DNA of 64,000 nucleotides from an uncultured Collinsella sp. (GTDB lineage Bacteria; Actinomycetota; Coriobacteriia; Coriobacteriales; Coriobacteriaceae): NCBI GenBank assembly GCA_937925715.1, contig CALAMG010000039.1, positions 8,992 to 72,991 of the forward strand, read 5' to 3'. Shown piece by piece: positions 28,927 to 40,100 of this stretch (position 1 is its first letter; each line of letters starts with the position of its first letter). The notes under the pieces were generated by a model. It saw only the letters and a program-made list of their open reading frames with translations, ran no database searches and was not told where the DNA came from. The position numbers and the translations under genes were made by a program.

Positions 28927-30552
28927 CTACTCCTTATCAAACGAAACGTCGGCGACGGGAAGCTCAATCGTAAAGACCGAGCCGTGCGGGTCCGCCGCGG
29001 CAACCTCTATGCTACCGCCATGCGCCAGCGCAATGGAGCGGCAGAGCGAAAGACCCAGGCCCACGCTGCGATGGCTGTCGGCAAGACCGTGGTTGGCGGT
29101 GTAGAACGACTCAAAGATTCGCTCGCGGTCCTCGGGCGCAATGCCCGGGCCGTCATCGGCCACCGAGCACGCCACGCGTCCATCGTCGACGCTAATCGAA
29201 ATCATGATATGCGAGCCTGCGGGCGTATAGGTGATGGCGTTGTTCACCAGATTGACCACCAGCTGCACCATCAGGCGCGCATCGACGTTGACGAGCGCCG
29301 GCTCATCGCACGCCACCACCTTAAGGTCGTGCTCGCGCACGGCAGGGTTCACGTGGCGCAGCGCCTCCTCCACGATATCGTCCATGAGCTCGAGCGTGGT
29401 CGACAGGCGCATACCGCCACCCTCGAGCTTGGTGATGGCGAGCAGATTCTCGACGGTGGCGTTGAGCCACAGCGCATCCGAGCGAATGGAAAGGAGCAGG
29501 CCGCGGCGCGTCTGGGCATCGAGCACCGCGGTGCCGGTCGAGCCCTGATCGAGCAGGACATCGGCATTGCCCGAAATACTGGTGAGCGGCGTACGCAGAT
29601 CGTGCGAGATGGAGCGCAGCAGGTTGGCGCGCAGCTGTTCGTTTTTGGCGAGCACCGCCGCCTCCTCGCGGGCCTCCATGGCGCGGGCGCGATCGAGTGC
29701 CAGCTCGCCTTCGCTCACGATGGCATCGGCAAGTGTTCGCTCCTCGTGCGTCAGCACGTCGGGCTCGGCAACGATAGCCAGCACGCCCACCACCGAGGCG
29801 GGGTCGCCCGAGCGCGCGAAGCCGTCGCCTGTGCGAACCGTCAGGTAGATGCCATAAAACGCCGAGCCGCCAAACGTGGCGTCGAGCGGCGTTCCCACAT
29901 AGGCGGATGCCGAGAGCCGCGGCGGCATCTGCGGCGCCAGTTCGTGCACCGGTGCGGCATCGCCCACGGCCGTGTATGTCGCACGCGGCAGCAGGTCATC
30001 GCCCTCGGCGTCGGCGCTGTACCACACGACCGGACAGCCCGAAAGACGCGCCAGCTGCGTTGCCATGGCGTGAACGATCTGCTGCTCGTCGGCGCACCGC
30101 TGTAGCATGCGGTTGGTCTCGAGCACCATATGCGTGCGACGGTCGCTGGCGGCAGCCTGTGCCAAGGCACGGCGCAGGGCCAACGCAATCGAGCTCGATA
30201 CAAGCGAGACCACGAACATGATGAAGAACATGCCGGGATAGCCGCGGTCGATAAGCGACAGCGAGTAGCGCGGGTCGACAAACAAGAAGTTGTAGAGCGC
30301 CACGGCGGCAGCCGAGCTCAGCAAGCAATACAGGCGACTCCAGGTAAAGAATGCGCACAGCTGAACGGCGAACACATAGACGATCATGATGCTCGGCGCG
30401 AGACCCGGATGGTCGAGCAGCGCGCCCACAATCGTCGCCGCGACCAGCAGCCCCACCGATACGCAGGCGTCATACAGAGGAGTGCGGCGCGTCAGCGTTG
30501 TGCGCCGCCACCAAAAGCTATCGGCAATATCACCGTCCGTACGGACGTCCAT
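28927..30552 (-). CDS. kdpD: KdpD-like sensor histidine kinase lacking the N-terminal cytoplasmic domains
   Basis: 4-TM segment with YNFLFVDPRYS, EQLRANLLRSISHDLRTPLTSI, DDGPGI, GLGLSLC; only 541 aa. Confidence 0.85.
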   Translation of the reverse strand: MDVRTDGDIADSFWWRRTTLTRRTPLYDACVSVGLLVAATIVGALLDHPGLAPSIMIVYVFAVQLCAFFTWSRLYCLLSSAAAVALYNFLFVDPRYSLSLIDRGYPGMFFIMFVVSLVSSSIALALRRALAQAAASDRRTHMVLETNRMLQRCADEQQIVHAMATQLARLSGCPVVWYSADAEGDDLLPRATYTAVGDAAPVHELAPQMPPRLSASAYVGTPLDATFGGSAFYGIYLTVRTGDGFARSGDPASVVGVLAIVAEPDVLTHEERTLADAIVSEGELALDRARAMEAREEAAVLAKNEQLRANLLRSISHDLRTPLTSISGNADVLLDQGSTGTAVLDAQTRRGLLLSIRSDALWLNATVENLLAITKLEGGGMRLSTTLELMDDIVEEALRHVNPAVREHDLKVVACDEPALVNVDARLMVQLVVNLVNNAITYTPAGSHIMISISVDDGRVACSVADDGPGIAPEDRERIFESFYTANHGLADSHRSVGLGLSLCRSIALAHGGSIEVAAADPHGSVFTIELPVADVSFDKE

Positions 30553-30580
30553 CAGTGCCCCGCCCCTCTCTCAAAAACAA

Positions 30581-30618
30581 AAACCACCACAAAGGGACAG
30601 GCACCTTTGTGGTGGTTT
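30581..30618. repeat. REP-like palindrome, family A variant (possible terminator)
   Basis: AAACCACCACAAAGGGACAGGCACCTTTGTGGTGGTTT. Confidence 0.7.
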
Positions 30619-30663
30619 CCCTTGTGGTGGTTCCAAGTGTATAGCCTTTGCAACCGGCGGTCG

Positions 30664-30888
30664 CTAGACAAACAGCACGTGCGCGAGCAGGGCACACACG
30701 CACACCGCTCCAAATACCAGCGCCACGATCGAGATCACGCGGTCGGCCATATCCATGTTGGCACGGTTCGTCAAAAACCGATCTTCGGCGGCGTCGGCGC
30801 GTGCCTCACGTACCAGCTCGGCAACCACCTCGCGGCCATCAAGCATCTTTGCATCCATGTTTGCCTCCCCGGCCTCAATCTTGTCCAT
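30664..30888 (-). CDS. Small membrane protein with one C-terminal TM helix
   Basis: 74-aa ORF with hydrophobic C-terminus, lying between kup and kdpD on the same strand. Confidence 0.55.
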   Translation of the reverse strand: MDKIEAGEANMDAKMLDGREVVAELVREARADAAEDRFLTNRANMDMADRVISIVALVFGAVCVCALLAHVLFV

Positions 30889-30919
30889 CGAAAACCAACT
30901 CCATGCAGCCTGTCGGCGA

Positions 30920-32947
30920 CTACGGCCGCTCGTTGGGGGCCAAGCGCTGCATCTTATTCACGGCTTTGAACTTGGTGAACAGCGGCACGTACTCAAAGCT
31001 CACGTTGGAGTTCTCCAGGCCGTACCAGCGTGCAGGCGTGCCGGCGGCGCGGCGGATGATGTACTTGAGCGTGATGGCCGTACGCTCGCTCGGCTCCACA
31101 TCGCTTTCGGGCGCCAGAAGCTTGCGAATCAGGACGAACTTGAACGTACCGATGTTGCCCGGATCCTTGTAGACCGAGTAGTCATGCGTCTGCGCCGGCA
31201 GCTCGCCGGTGGCAGCCAGGTCCTGAACGACCTGACGCAGGTAGGCATTGACGCGCTGGTTGATCTTGTAGCCCAGGTACAGATGCACGCGGAACACGTA
31301 GTCGGTGCCGAACGTCTCGACCGAATAGGCAAAGGTATGCGGCTCGTCCATGGTCTCGACATTCACGAACCACCAGGCACGAGCGCGCTTGGGATGCTTG
31401 TCCAAGATCGAGTAGACGATATCACGGTCGATGTAATCGGTATGGGTGTCCTTGGTCAGGTACACGATGTTGTCGCTCAGGCGCTCGTAGCGATCGTCAT
31501 CGCGCAGGCGCTTGAGCTGCGGCAGGTAGCTGCGCAGCGGCAGCAGCGTAAACTGGCGCTGCTCAACAGCCGTACCGTTGTACCAGCACACCATGATGCC
31601 CATGATGAGCGCGGCCATGAGGATGGTGAAGTAGCCGCCGTGGAAGAACTTGGTGAGCGAGCTCACGAAGAAGAAGCCTTCGAGCAAAAGGAAGAAGGCC
31701 GCGAAGATCCACGGAGCAACCTTGAGCTTGCGCTCCTCGTGCAGGTAGAAGAAGAGCAGCAGCGTGGTGCACATCATAGTCAGCGTAATGGCAAGGCCGT
31801 AGGCGGCTTCCATATGCGCCGAGTTCTGGAACAGCAGCACCACGATGACGCAGCCGACAAGCATGACGTTGTTGACCATGGGGATGTAGAGCTGGCCCTT
31901 GGTCTCGGCAGGGTAGAAGACCTGCATGTGCGGCATGAGGTCCAGACGGCTGGCCTCGGACACCAGCGAGAATGCGCCGGTGATGAGCGCCTGCGAGGCA
32001 ATGATGGCCGCGACGGTGGAAAGGCCTACGGCAAACGGGCGCAGGCCCGGGGCGAGCATCTGGTAGAACGGGTTGAGGTCGGCAATGCCCATGAGCTCGG
32101 GGTTGGCAGCGTTGTTCATAAGCCAAGCGCCCTGGCCCATATAGGAAAGCAGCAGGCAGCACTTAACGAACGGCCAGGTAGCGTAGATGTTGCCGCGGCC
32201 GACGTGGCCCATGTCGGAGTAGAGCGCCTCGGCACCGGTGGTGGCGAGGAAGCAGCTGCCCAGAATCATGATGCCCGCGTGGTTGTTGGGGCTCAGCAAA
32301 AAGGCGATGCCGCGCACCGGGTTGAGGCACAGCAGCACGGCGGGGTGCTGGAAGACAAAGAACAGACCCGTGCCGCCCAGGAACAGGAACCACAGCGTCA
32401 TGATGGGGCCAAAGGCGTGACCGATCTTGGCCGTACCGATGCGCTGAACCAAGAAGAGCACGATGATGATGGCGAGCGTAATGGCGACGACACGGCCCTG
32501 GTCATCGCCCAGCACGGCATGGACCGCCGGGATGGTGCGCAGGCCCTCGATGGCCGTGGTAACGGTAACGGCCGGCGTCAGGATGCCGTCGGCGAGCAGC
32601 GCGGCGCCACCCAGCATGGCGGGGACGATAAGCCACTTGCCGCAGCGCTTGACCAGGCTGTACAGGGCAAAGATGCCGCCCTCACCATGGTTATCGGCGC
32701 GCAGCGAGATGAGCACATACTTGATGGTGGTCAGCAGCGTGACCGTCCACACGACAAGGGAGAGCGCGCCGAGCACGAACTCCTCCGTGACGCTTCCGAT
32801 GCCGCCGTTGCCGGCAACGAGCGCCTTGGTTACATACATAGGGCTGGTGCCGATATCGCCGTACACCACGCCCAGCGTGACGAGCATCGCCGAGATGCTC
32901 ACAGGAATCGCAGCGTGCGAAGCTGCCTCCTTGGCCTTTTGTTCCAT
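30920..32947 (-). CDS. kup: KUP/HAK/KT potassium transporter
   Basis: GVVYGDIGTSPMY, GEGGIFALY, TGAEALYSDMGH, AAYGLAI. Confidence 0.96.
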   Translation of the reverse strand: MEQKAKEAASHAAIPVSISAMLVTLGVVYGDIGTSPMYVTKALVAGNGGIGSVTEEFVLGALSLVVWTVTLLTTIKYVLISLRADNHGEGGIFALYSLVKRCGKWLIVPAMLGGAALLADGILTPAVTVTTAIEGLRTIPAVHAVLGDDQGRVVAITLAIIIVLFLVQRIGTAKIGHAFGPIMTLWFLFLGGTGLFFVFQHPAVLLCLNPVRGIAFLLSPNNHAGIMILGSCFLATTGAEALYSDMGHVGRGNIYATWPFVKCCLLLSYMGQGAWLMNNAANPELMGIADLNPFYQMLAPGLRPFAVGLSTVAAIIASQALITGAFSLVSEASRLDLMPHMQVFYPAETKGQLYIPMVNNVMLVGCVIVVLLFQNSAHMEAAYGLAITLTMMCTTLLLFFYLHEERKLKVAPWIFAAFFLLLEGFFFVSSLTKFFHGGYFTILMAALIMGIMVCWYNGTAVEQRQFTLLPLRSYLPQLKRLRDDDRYERLSDNIVYLTKDTHTDYIDRDIVYSILDKHPKRARAWWFVNVETMDEPHTFAYSVETFGTDYVFRVHLYLGYKINQRVNAYLRQVVQDLAATGELPAQTHDYSVYKDPGNIGTFKFVLIRKLLAPESDVEPSERTAITLKYIIRRAAGTPARWYGLENSNVSFEYVPLFTKFKAVNKMQRLAPNERP

Positions 32948-32982
32948 AAGCCGATTTCCTCCCAACTTTAATGTTCGAAGGG

Positions 32983-33054
32983 ATTATAGGTAATCGGCCC
33001 ATGTTTGAATGGCACTGTTTTCCCAGCTAAATAAACATTTATACAGCCTTTAAG
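32983..33054 (-). promoter_or_regulatory. kup promoter (TATAAT) with candidate KdpE-type tandem box
   Basis: TATAAT on the - strand at 32983-32988 with a weak -35; TTTATA-cagcc-TTTAAG (11-bp period) at 33038-33054. Confidence 0.4.
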
Positions 33055-33070
33055 CCACCTCGGCGATATG

Positions 33071-33105
33071 GAATGTGACAAAGGGACTTTCCCTTTGTCA
33101 CATTC
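33071..33105. repeat. REP-like palindrome, family A
   Basis: GAATGTGACAAAGGGACTTTCCCTTTGTCACATTC. Confidence 0.9.
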
Positions 33106-33106
33106 G

Positions 33107-33982
33107 TCATTTTCCAAGCCAATTTTTGAACCACCACTCCATGGAGCGGCTCATCTCGGCCATAAAGGGACTCGTGTGCTTACGGGTATAGATGTCCACG
33201 ACGCGCTCCCCCACCTCGCGGGCATGCGGACGGAACATCGCGTCCATCTCGGCCGCCTGCGCGTCCATGGTCGCGGCATCGGCGCGGCAGTAGCGCTCCT
33301 CGTGCACCAGGTTCACCACGGGATGCGCAATGGCCGGACGCTCCTTACGGGGCGTGCCGATGATGAGCATCGACAGCGGCATGGTATAGGGCGGCAAGTC
33401 CAGCAGCTCGGCAACTTCCTCGGCATTCTCGACGATATCGCCGATGTAGCAGCTCCCCAGCCCCAGGGCCTCGGCGGCAACCACGGCGTTTTGCGCAGCG
33501 ATCACGGTGTCCTGGGCCGCGATGGCAAAGTCGCCCAAACCCGGCGCGCGGCGGGGCGCCTTGCCCGTACGCTCGACAAACTCGGGCTCAAAGCAGCCCA
33601 CGTGCTCAAACAGATCGATCCACTTGGCATAATCGACCACAAATATTAGTGCCCAGGGCGCCTTGGCGATCATGGGCTGGTGATCGCACAGGTCGGCGAG
33701 GCGGTCCAGCGTAGCCTGCTCGCGAATGCTTACGATGGAATACATCATCATGGCGCCCGCCGACGGCGCGCGACTCGCCGCATGCAAGATCGCCGCCCGC
33801 TGCTCGTCGGTCACCGCCACGGGACGGTCGTCGTCATCACGCGCGAAGGCACGCGTGGACGAGCGGTGTTCCAAGATGTCCAGCGCCGCGTTGCCCGTAG
33901 TCTCGACCGGATAGCCGCCCGCGTCCACGCCCACAGCTCCGCCGCAGTACTCGGTGCCCGTCATACAAACCTGCTCGCCCAT
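33107..33982 (-). CDS. Nitroreductase-family flavoprotein (NfrA/Frp-like)
   Basis: HRSSTRAF, RAPSAG, IAAQNAVVAAEALGLGSCYIG. Confidence 0.88.
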   Translation of the reverse strand: MGEQVCMTGTEYCGGAVGVDAGGYPVETTGNAALDILEHRSSTRAFARDDDDRPVAVTDEQRAAILHAASRAPSAGAMMMYSIVSIREQATLDRLADLCDHQPMIAKAPWALIFVVDYAKWIDLFEHVGCFEPEFVERTGKAPRRAPGLGDFAIAAQDTVIAAQNAVVAAEALGLGSCYIGDIVENAEEVAELLDLPPYTMPLSMLIIGTPRKERPAIAHPVVNLVHEERYCRADAATMDAQAAEMDAMFRPHAREVGERVVDIYTRKHTSPFMAEMSRSMEWWFKNWLGK

Positions 33983-34195
33983 AGCTCTATCCTCGCTAAT
34001 TCTTTAAGAAGCCTTTACGTTTCCGTGTAATTCCCGTCCATTATCGCGCAGGCCGCCACTACATTGCGCCACACCGCCGCACGTGCGCGTTAATATGGCT
34101 GGTTGTTGTGCGCAGCCACCAATTGCAGCGCATATCTTGGTAACAATCGGGTAAACCCCCGCTTTCGTACGTTTTAGTTTGTGAGGAGTCTCAGC

Positions 34196-36496
34196 ATGTT
34201 CGCTGCCGCCATCTCGCTCGTCGGTCTTGCGGCGACCGTCTACCTTGTCTTGCGCGAGGCCAAGGCCATTCGCGCTCAGTCGGGCACCGTTGCCAAAAGC
34301 GCTCTTGGGTGGAGCGTCGTCTTCGGCCTGTTCCAGGTCTTTTTGACTATTTGGGGCGCCATTGGCCTCGTCGCCCAAAACGAGCCGCTCGCCTTTGTGA
34401 TGCTCATCCTGACCAACGCCATCCTCACCGGCTGCGCTTGGGCCAGCATCGCACGCGACCGCATCGCCCCGCGCGTCTTTGCGTTCGCCGCGCCCGACGC
34501 CCCCGCCCCCACCGGCAAGCTCGCCCGTCTGCGCGGCGCCTTTGTGGGCAAGCCACTCGTCGCCGCCGTCCTGTGTCTGCTGCTCGCCGGCGTCTTTGCG
34601 CTGCTGGGCATGGAAGTCTCGTCCAACCACGACTTTACCTGGGTCTACCCCCTGTGCATCCTGCTCGAGTGGGCCATCATCACCGTGCTCATGACCGGCT
34701 TGTTCTTCCTGTTCCAGCGCCACGGCGCAGCTCCGGCCGTCCTGGCCTTCGCCCTCTTTATCCTGGGCATTGCCGAGTTCTTCGTCATCACGTTTAAATC
34801 CATGCCCATCCAGCCGGGCGACCTTTCGGCCATCTCCACCGCCGCCGCAGTCGCCGGCAACGGCTACACCTTCTCGATCTCGCTGTTCTGCGTGCTGTCC
34901 ATGGGCTTTACCGCCATCGCCATGCTGCTATGCGAGTACGCCGGCCTGGTCGCGCCGCATCGCCAGAAGGGCGCCGCCAACGCCAAGCGCATGCTGCTCA
35001 CCAACCTGCTCGTCGCCGTGCTGTGCCTGGGCGGCGTGACCGCGCATGTTACGCTCATCGACTACTACAACACTCTCGGCATCACCGTCTACACCTGGCG
35101 CCCGCTCGAGAGCTACTGGCGCGAGGGCTACCTGCCCGCTTTCATTAGCGCAGCGCAGTCCATCAAGCCGCCCAAACCCGCCGACTACTCCGTCGACGAT
35201 GCCAAGGCCACGCTCAAAAAGTACGCCAAGGCCTACGACAAGTCCGACGCGGCCAAGAGCGACGAGCGCGCCGCCGCCGAGGACCAATTCGACAGCGAGA
35301 AGCCCACGGTCATCGCCATCATGAACGAGACCTTCTCGGACCTGTCCATCTACCAGAACATGCGCGCCGGCTACGAGGGCCCGCAGTACTTTAAGAACCT
35401 GTCCAACTGCCTCAGCCGCGGCAAGCTCTATGTGAGCGCCTACGGCGGCGGTACCGCCAATACCGAGTTTGAGTTTATGACCGGCAACTCCATGGCCAAC
35501 CTGGGCTCGGGCGTGTACCCCTACACCATCTACAACATGGAGACAACCGGGAACCTGGCAGAGCAGTTCAAGTCGCTCGGATATTCCACCACGGCCATGC
35601 ATCCCAACCACGCCACCAACTGGAACCGCGAGAACGTCTACAAGGACTTTGGCTTTGACCAGTTCCTGTCCATCAACGATTTCCAGGGCGCCGATACCCT
35701 ACGCGGCATGGTGACCGACCAGGCTACCTACGACAAGATTCTTGAGCTGCTCGACCAGAACGCCGATCCGCAGTTTATCTTCGACGTGACCATGCAGAAC
35801 CACTCGGGCTACGATACGGGCCTGCTGCCGGTCGACAAGCAGATGCACCTGAACATCGACACGACCGACCTAGACGCCAAGACCATCGAGGACGGCACGC
35901 TCTCCGATGTCGACGAGTACGTCTCGTGCATCGAGCAGTCCGACCAGGCGCTGCGTTACTTCCTCAACGCCCTGAGCAAACTCGACCGCAAGGTGGTCGT
36001 GGTGTTCTGGGGCGACCATCAGCCGTTCTTCCCGTCCAAATTCAACGATAAGTGGTTTACCGGCGAGGACGACGCCACCCACCAGGAGCGCTTGTGGCAG
36101 ACCGACTACATCATTTGGGCTAACTACGACGTTGCCGGCTGCAACCAGACGAGCGAGGTCGACGACCTGTCCACCAACTACCTGTCCACGCAGCTTATGC
36201 AGCTGATCGGCGCACCGCTGACCGACTACCAGAAGGCGCACATGACGCTGCGCGAATCGCTGCCCGCTATCAACTCGGTGGGCTACGAGGACGCCAGCCT
36301 GCGCTGGGCGCTTTCCTCCAACGTCACCGGTGACGACGCCGATGCCGCAGCCGCAACCAAGGCGCGCGAGGATTACGCCAAGATGCAGTACTACGAGATG
36401 TTCCGTGACGGCAAGAATGTGTACACCGAGCACTTCCAGACCGAGGCCAACGAGACCGACCCCAACCTGGCACCGGGTACGACCAAGATCAAGTAG
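34196..36496 (+). CDS. LTA synthase / alkaline-phosphatase superfamily membrane protein
   Basis: Multi-TM N-terminus; IMNETFSD, GGGTANTEFE, TMQNH, WGDHQP. Confidence 0.88.
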   Translation: MFAAAISLVGLAATVYLVLREAKAIRAQSGTVAKSALGWSVVFGLFQVFLTIWGAIGLVAQNEPLAFVMLILTNAILTGCAWASIARDRIAPRVFAFAAPDAPAPTGKLARLRGAFVGKPLVAAVLCLLLAGVFALLGMEVSSNHDFTWVYPLCILLEWAIITVLMTGLFFLFQRHGAAPAVLAFALFILGIAEFFVITFKSMPIQPGDLSAISTAAAVAGNGYTFSISLFCVLSMGFTAIAMLLCEYAGLVAPHRQKGAANAKRMLLTNLLVAVLCLGGVTAHVTLIDYYNTLGITVYTWRPLESYWREGYLPAFISAAQSIKPPKPADYSVDDAKATLKKYAKAYDKSDAAKSDERAAAEDQFDSEKPTVIAIMNETFSDLSIYQNMRAGYEGPQYFKNLSNCLSRGKLYVSAYGGGTANTEFEFMTGNSMANLGSGVYPYTIYNMETTGNLAEQFKSLGYSTTAMHPNHATNWNRENVYKDFGFDQFLSINDFQGADTLRGMVTDQATYDKILELLDQNADPQFIFDVTMQNHSGYDTGLLPVDKQMHLNIDTTDLDAKTIEDGTLSDVDEYVSCIEQSDQALRYFLNALSKLDRKVVVVFWGDHQPFFPSKFNDKWFTGEDDATHQERLWQTDYIIWANYDVAGCNQTSEVDDLSTNYLSTQLMQLIGAPLTDYQKAHMTLRESLPAINSVGYEDASLRWALSSNVTGDDADAAAATKAREDYAKMQYYEMFRDGKNVYTEHFQTEANETDPNLAPGTTKIK

Positions 36497-36515
36497 CGGG
36501 TCTATCGACCTGGTT

Positions 36516-36650
36516 CGTCTGCCCGGCGACGCGGAACGTAAGATTCCCTGCTCGGACAGTCCTGCTCGCACGGAGAGCACATTAAGTGCTCTCCGGCTCG
36601 TGCGGAACTCGCGATGAACCTTACGTTCCGCGTCGCCGGGCAGACGCCTC
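36516..36650 (+). repeat. Structured ~130-bp hairpin element E, copy 1
   Basis: Perfect 27-bp outer stem (36516-36542 / 36620-36646) and inner stem GGAGAGCAC-ATTAA-GTGCTCTCC; homologous to the reverse complement of 41888-42020. Confidence 0.8.
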
Positions 36651-36731
36651 GGTGTTGAATCGCGGCTTGTCATGAGAGCATCCGCAACATATGTAAGTTG
36701 AAGGCCACGTCATGTGGCCTTCTTTGTTTGC

Positions 36732-37085
36732 GGAAAGTGTGTCCCGGAATTCTTGTCTGGAATGGGATGCAGTTTCCGCTTGGGACCCGATTGGGAAAGT
36801 GTGTCCCACTATTCAGCTGGATTCCGGGATGTATTTTCCGGTTGAGGCTCGTTGGGAAAGTGCGTCCCACTTTGGGGGCTGATTCTGGGACGTGGTTTCC
36901 GGTTGGCTCTCATTGGGAAAGTTCATCCCATTTCTCAGCCTAATTATGGGACGCAGTTTCCCGTTGAGGACCCTTTGGGAAAGTGTGTCCCGGTCTGGGC
37001 GCTCAAACTGGGATGGATTTTCCGGATGAGGGCTTGACGGAAAATGTGTCCCGTTCCGGGCGCTAATTGTGGAATGCAGTTTCCG
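36732..37085. repeat. 61-62-bp-period alternating-box array, 6 units
   Basis: GGAAA-N5-TCCC at 36732, 36794, 36855, 36916, 36978 and 37039, each followed about 33 bp later by GGGA-N5-TTTCC. Confidence 0.9.
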
Positions 37086-37108
37086 CTTGCGGAGTCTCCA
37101 CTCAACAG

Positions 37109-37148
37109 AAAACCCGGGTGGCCTGTTTTTTGGCTACCCGGGTTTTTG
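37109..37148. terminator. Bidirectional-type terminator hairpin
   Basis: AAAACCCGGGTGGCC ... GGCTACCCGGGTTTTT. Confidence 0.7.
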
Positions 37149-37173
37149 GGTTGTCGATATGTTCGACTGGCTA

Positions 37174-40100
37174 CTAGTGGGTCTTGCGGCGCTTGATCAG
37201 CATGATGAGGGCTATCACTACGAGCGTTGCTCCCGCTGCTGCTGCGGTGGCGACTAGGGCGAATGTTTGGTCGCCGGTGTTTGCGAGGTTCTTCGCTGTG
37301 GTCGTAGTCTTGACCTTGGTGTCGATCTTAGCTCCGTTGTCGGACTTGGGCTTGTCCGGGTTCGTCGGGGTCTCAGGAGTCTCGGGGTCCTTTGAGCCTT
37401 CGGAATCGGTTGGGCCGGCGGTGTTTACCAGCGTATGGTCCAGGAACTTCTTGGCGCCCGCACTTGCCTGTGAGAACAGGCGGCGCGTGCGGATCGGGGT
37501 GGCGTTCACCGTTGTGGGCGCCGTCTCCTCGGCCTCGATATTCACGAGCGTCGTGCCGGTGTCGAGGCCCACGTCGTTGTATCCCACGTGGCAGTAATAC
37601 TGCGCACCGTCATCGTCTGCGGTCAGGTCAATCTCGAGCTTTGAGGCCGTTCCAGCCGCGAGGTTGCCATCGGCACCCACGAGCTTAAACTCTGTCTCGC
37701 CGCGGCCCTTGCGGTACCACATATAGGTCGGTGCCAGCCCTGTTTCGCTATCGTCGGCACCGAGTTGCTTTACATGGCCAATCGCCGAGAGTGTCAGGTG
37801 GCTTCCCGCCGCGCGCTCAACCGAAGAGTCGTATCCAAGATCCGACCCCTCCGCAGCATCCGCCGCAGGTCCGCTCACGGTCATCGTCATGCCATCGGGC
37901 ATGGTCTTGGCCGTGATGATTGCCGAGCGAATACCTGTTTCGGTCGTGGATCCATTCTTAACGGCGGCGATGGCGAATCGATACTCCGTATTGGGCTGCA
38001 GCCCATCCCACTTGAGCGAGGTCTGCGTGTTGTCGGCAATCTTCCAGCTATTGACGACCGCATCCGCCGCATTGCTCTGCAGCATGCCCACGCCGTAGCT
38101 AAAGCCACTCTTGTTTGCGAGTACATCGTCCCAGCTAAACGTAACGCTGGTCGAATCGACGGCGTTTGCCGTAAAGCCCGTCACGGCCGGCGCGTCGGGC
38201 ATCTCGACGTCCTTAACGTCATAGCCCACGATCCAGAACTGGTCGGTGTCCTTGGTGCCGAGCTTGTCGCCCGAGTCTGCCTCGAACTTGTCGACATCCA
38301 CCGCGTTGACGCCCAGACGCCACACAAAACCGTACTTGCCCTGCGCGGCCTCAGGCAGGTTGTCGACGGTGCCGCCGTATTCGGTCGATTCACTCGAGGA
38401 GTTACCCGTAGTAAAGCCGGCGTTGGCACCAAAGCACAGGCCGCCAAACAACTCGTGCTTTGCGAGCTTCGCGCCCATGACAACGCTGCCGTTCAGCGTC
38501 AAGCCGAGCTCGAGCTCCTGCTCCTTGCCCTCCTCGACTTCGATGGTCTGCTCAATGCTCGCCCCCGACTGCGCGGCGGCGCCGTTAAACCCATCGTGCG
38601 TGTAGGCGCGCGTTACGCCAGGCTTGCCCAGGCCAAAGGAATCCCCAACGGGAGTCTCGCCGTTGAGCGTCGTTTGATAGGTTCCGGGTTCTCCCGACCG
38701 GTTGGTCAAAAAGTAGCTGAGCGGCGTCATATTGTGCTGTTTGGCAATGCGGTCATAGGCCTCGACATTAACGACCGAGGTCTGCGCGCCGAGCGACACG
38801 GGCGCCGCCATCACGCCCTTGCCACCAGTTTCCTCATTTTCGATCTCATACTCGTAATAGACCATCGGAATCGTGTAGAGCACGGCCTTGTCACCCTCGC
38901 CGGCATGCGACTCATAGCTTACGCTTGCGCTGACCGTGCGCTCGCTCCGGTAGTCATAGCATCCCTCGGCGGCAAAATCGACTGAAGCATTCATCGCGAC
39001 CAGGGGCGGACCGGTCTGCACCTCGACGGCAACGCCCAACTCGGCGCCAATGGTATAGCCCTGGGATGTCCCCGTGCCCTTTTCCTCTCCGTATGACGTG
39101 CCGCCCAACACCAGATAGCCGTATGCCTGCTCCAGATCCTCAACATAGGGCGCATCCTGCAGCACGGCAAGCACGCGCGGGTTGGTATAGACCTTGTAGC
39201 GGTCCTTGTACGTGATCTTGACGCTGTCGTTGTCGACATCGGGCAGCGCGAGCGAGATAAATGTGCCGTAGGTAGTGCCGCGACGGTTGCTCTCGCTAAT
39301 CACCTGCTCCTCGCCGCGGCGCACCTTTCCGTTCTCGTCGAGCGAAAAATGCGAGGCGGTCATCCAATAGTAGTCATCGTTCTTGCGCAGGTCCTCGTCG
39401 CGGTGCTTGCCCACCACGGCGATAAAGCTCTCGTTATAGCGGTCCGAACCCGAGACGCTGCCCGCCTTGACGTCGCTGATCCACACCTGCTCTATACCCT
39501 TGTGGTCATGCTTGTTGCTGCTGTTGTATTGCTGACCGCTCATGCTCATGGTTCCGACCATGGACCCCAAGCCCTGAGCCCCGCTCTGTGCCGTGTTGCA
39601 GGCAAAGTCGCGGAACACATCGCCGCCCACGAGCACCTCGTCGACCGCCAGCTGCTCGGACAGGCCGTCAAGGTTGGCAGTGGCAAGGGCAATAGGCGCC
39701 AAGGTGCACGGATAGCGCTTATCCTGAGCGCTATCCTTCCATGCGCTGTTGGGCACATGCATCAGCCCATAGGAGGCGAGGAGCCCGTCTCTGTATTCCT
39801 TGCAATCGGAAAGCTTGAACTCGCCAGACTCCGAGTCAAAATACGCGTAGCGGTACAGCGCGCCGTACAGCCCCTTGCTGCCGTCAGAAGCGCCGTAATC
39901 AAAAGCGCTGCGTTGCCAGTCATAGCCCGCAAGAATAAGGCCCGTGACGGTTTCACCCGTCTTCTTTCCTTCTTCATCGTAGGCGGCAAACGTGCCGAAC
40001 GTCGCATTCGCAGCGACCATGGTCTTGCCGTTCGCGGAGAGGGAGATTGCGCCCGCGTCGCCCAGAGCATCGACATGGACGAGCGCACCCTTGGATGCAT

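Noticed and set aside
32950..33070. c-di-AMP (ydaO) riboswitch upstream of kup
   Set aside because: The leader is too short (-10 box about 35 nt from the ATG) and no ydaO consensus is visible
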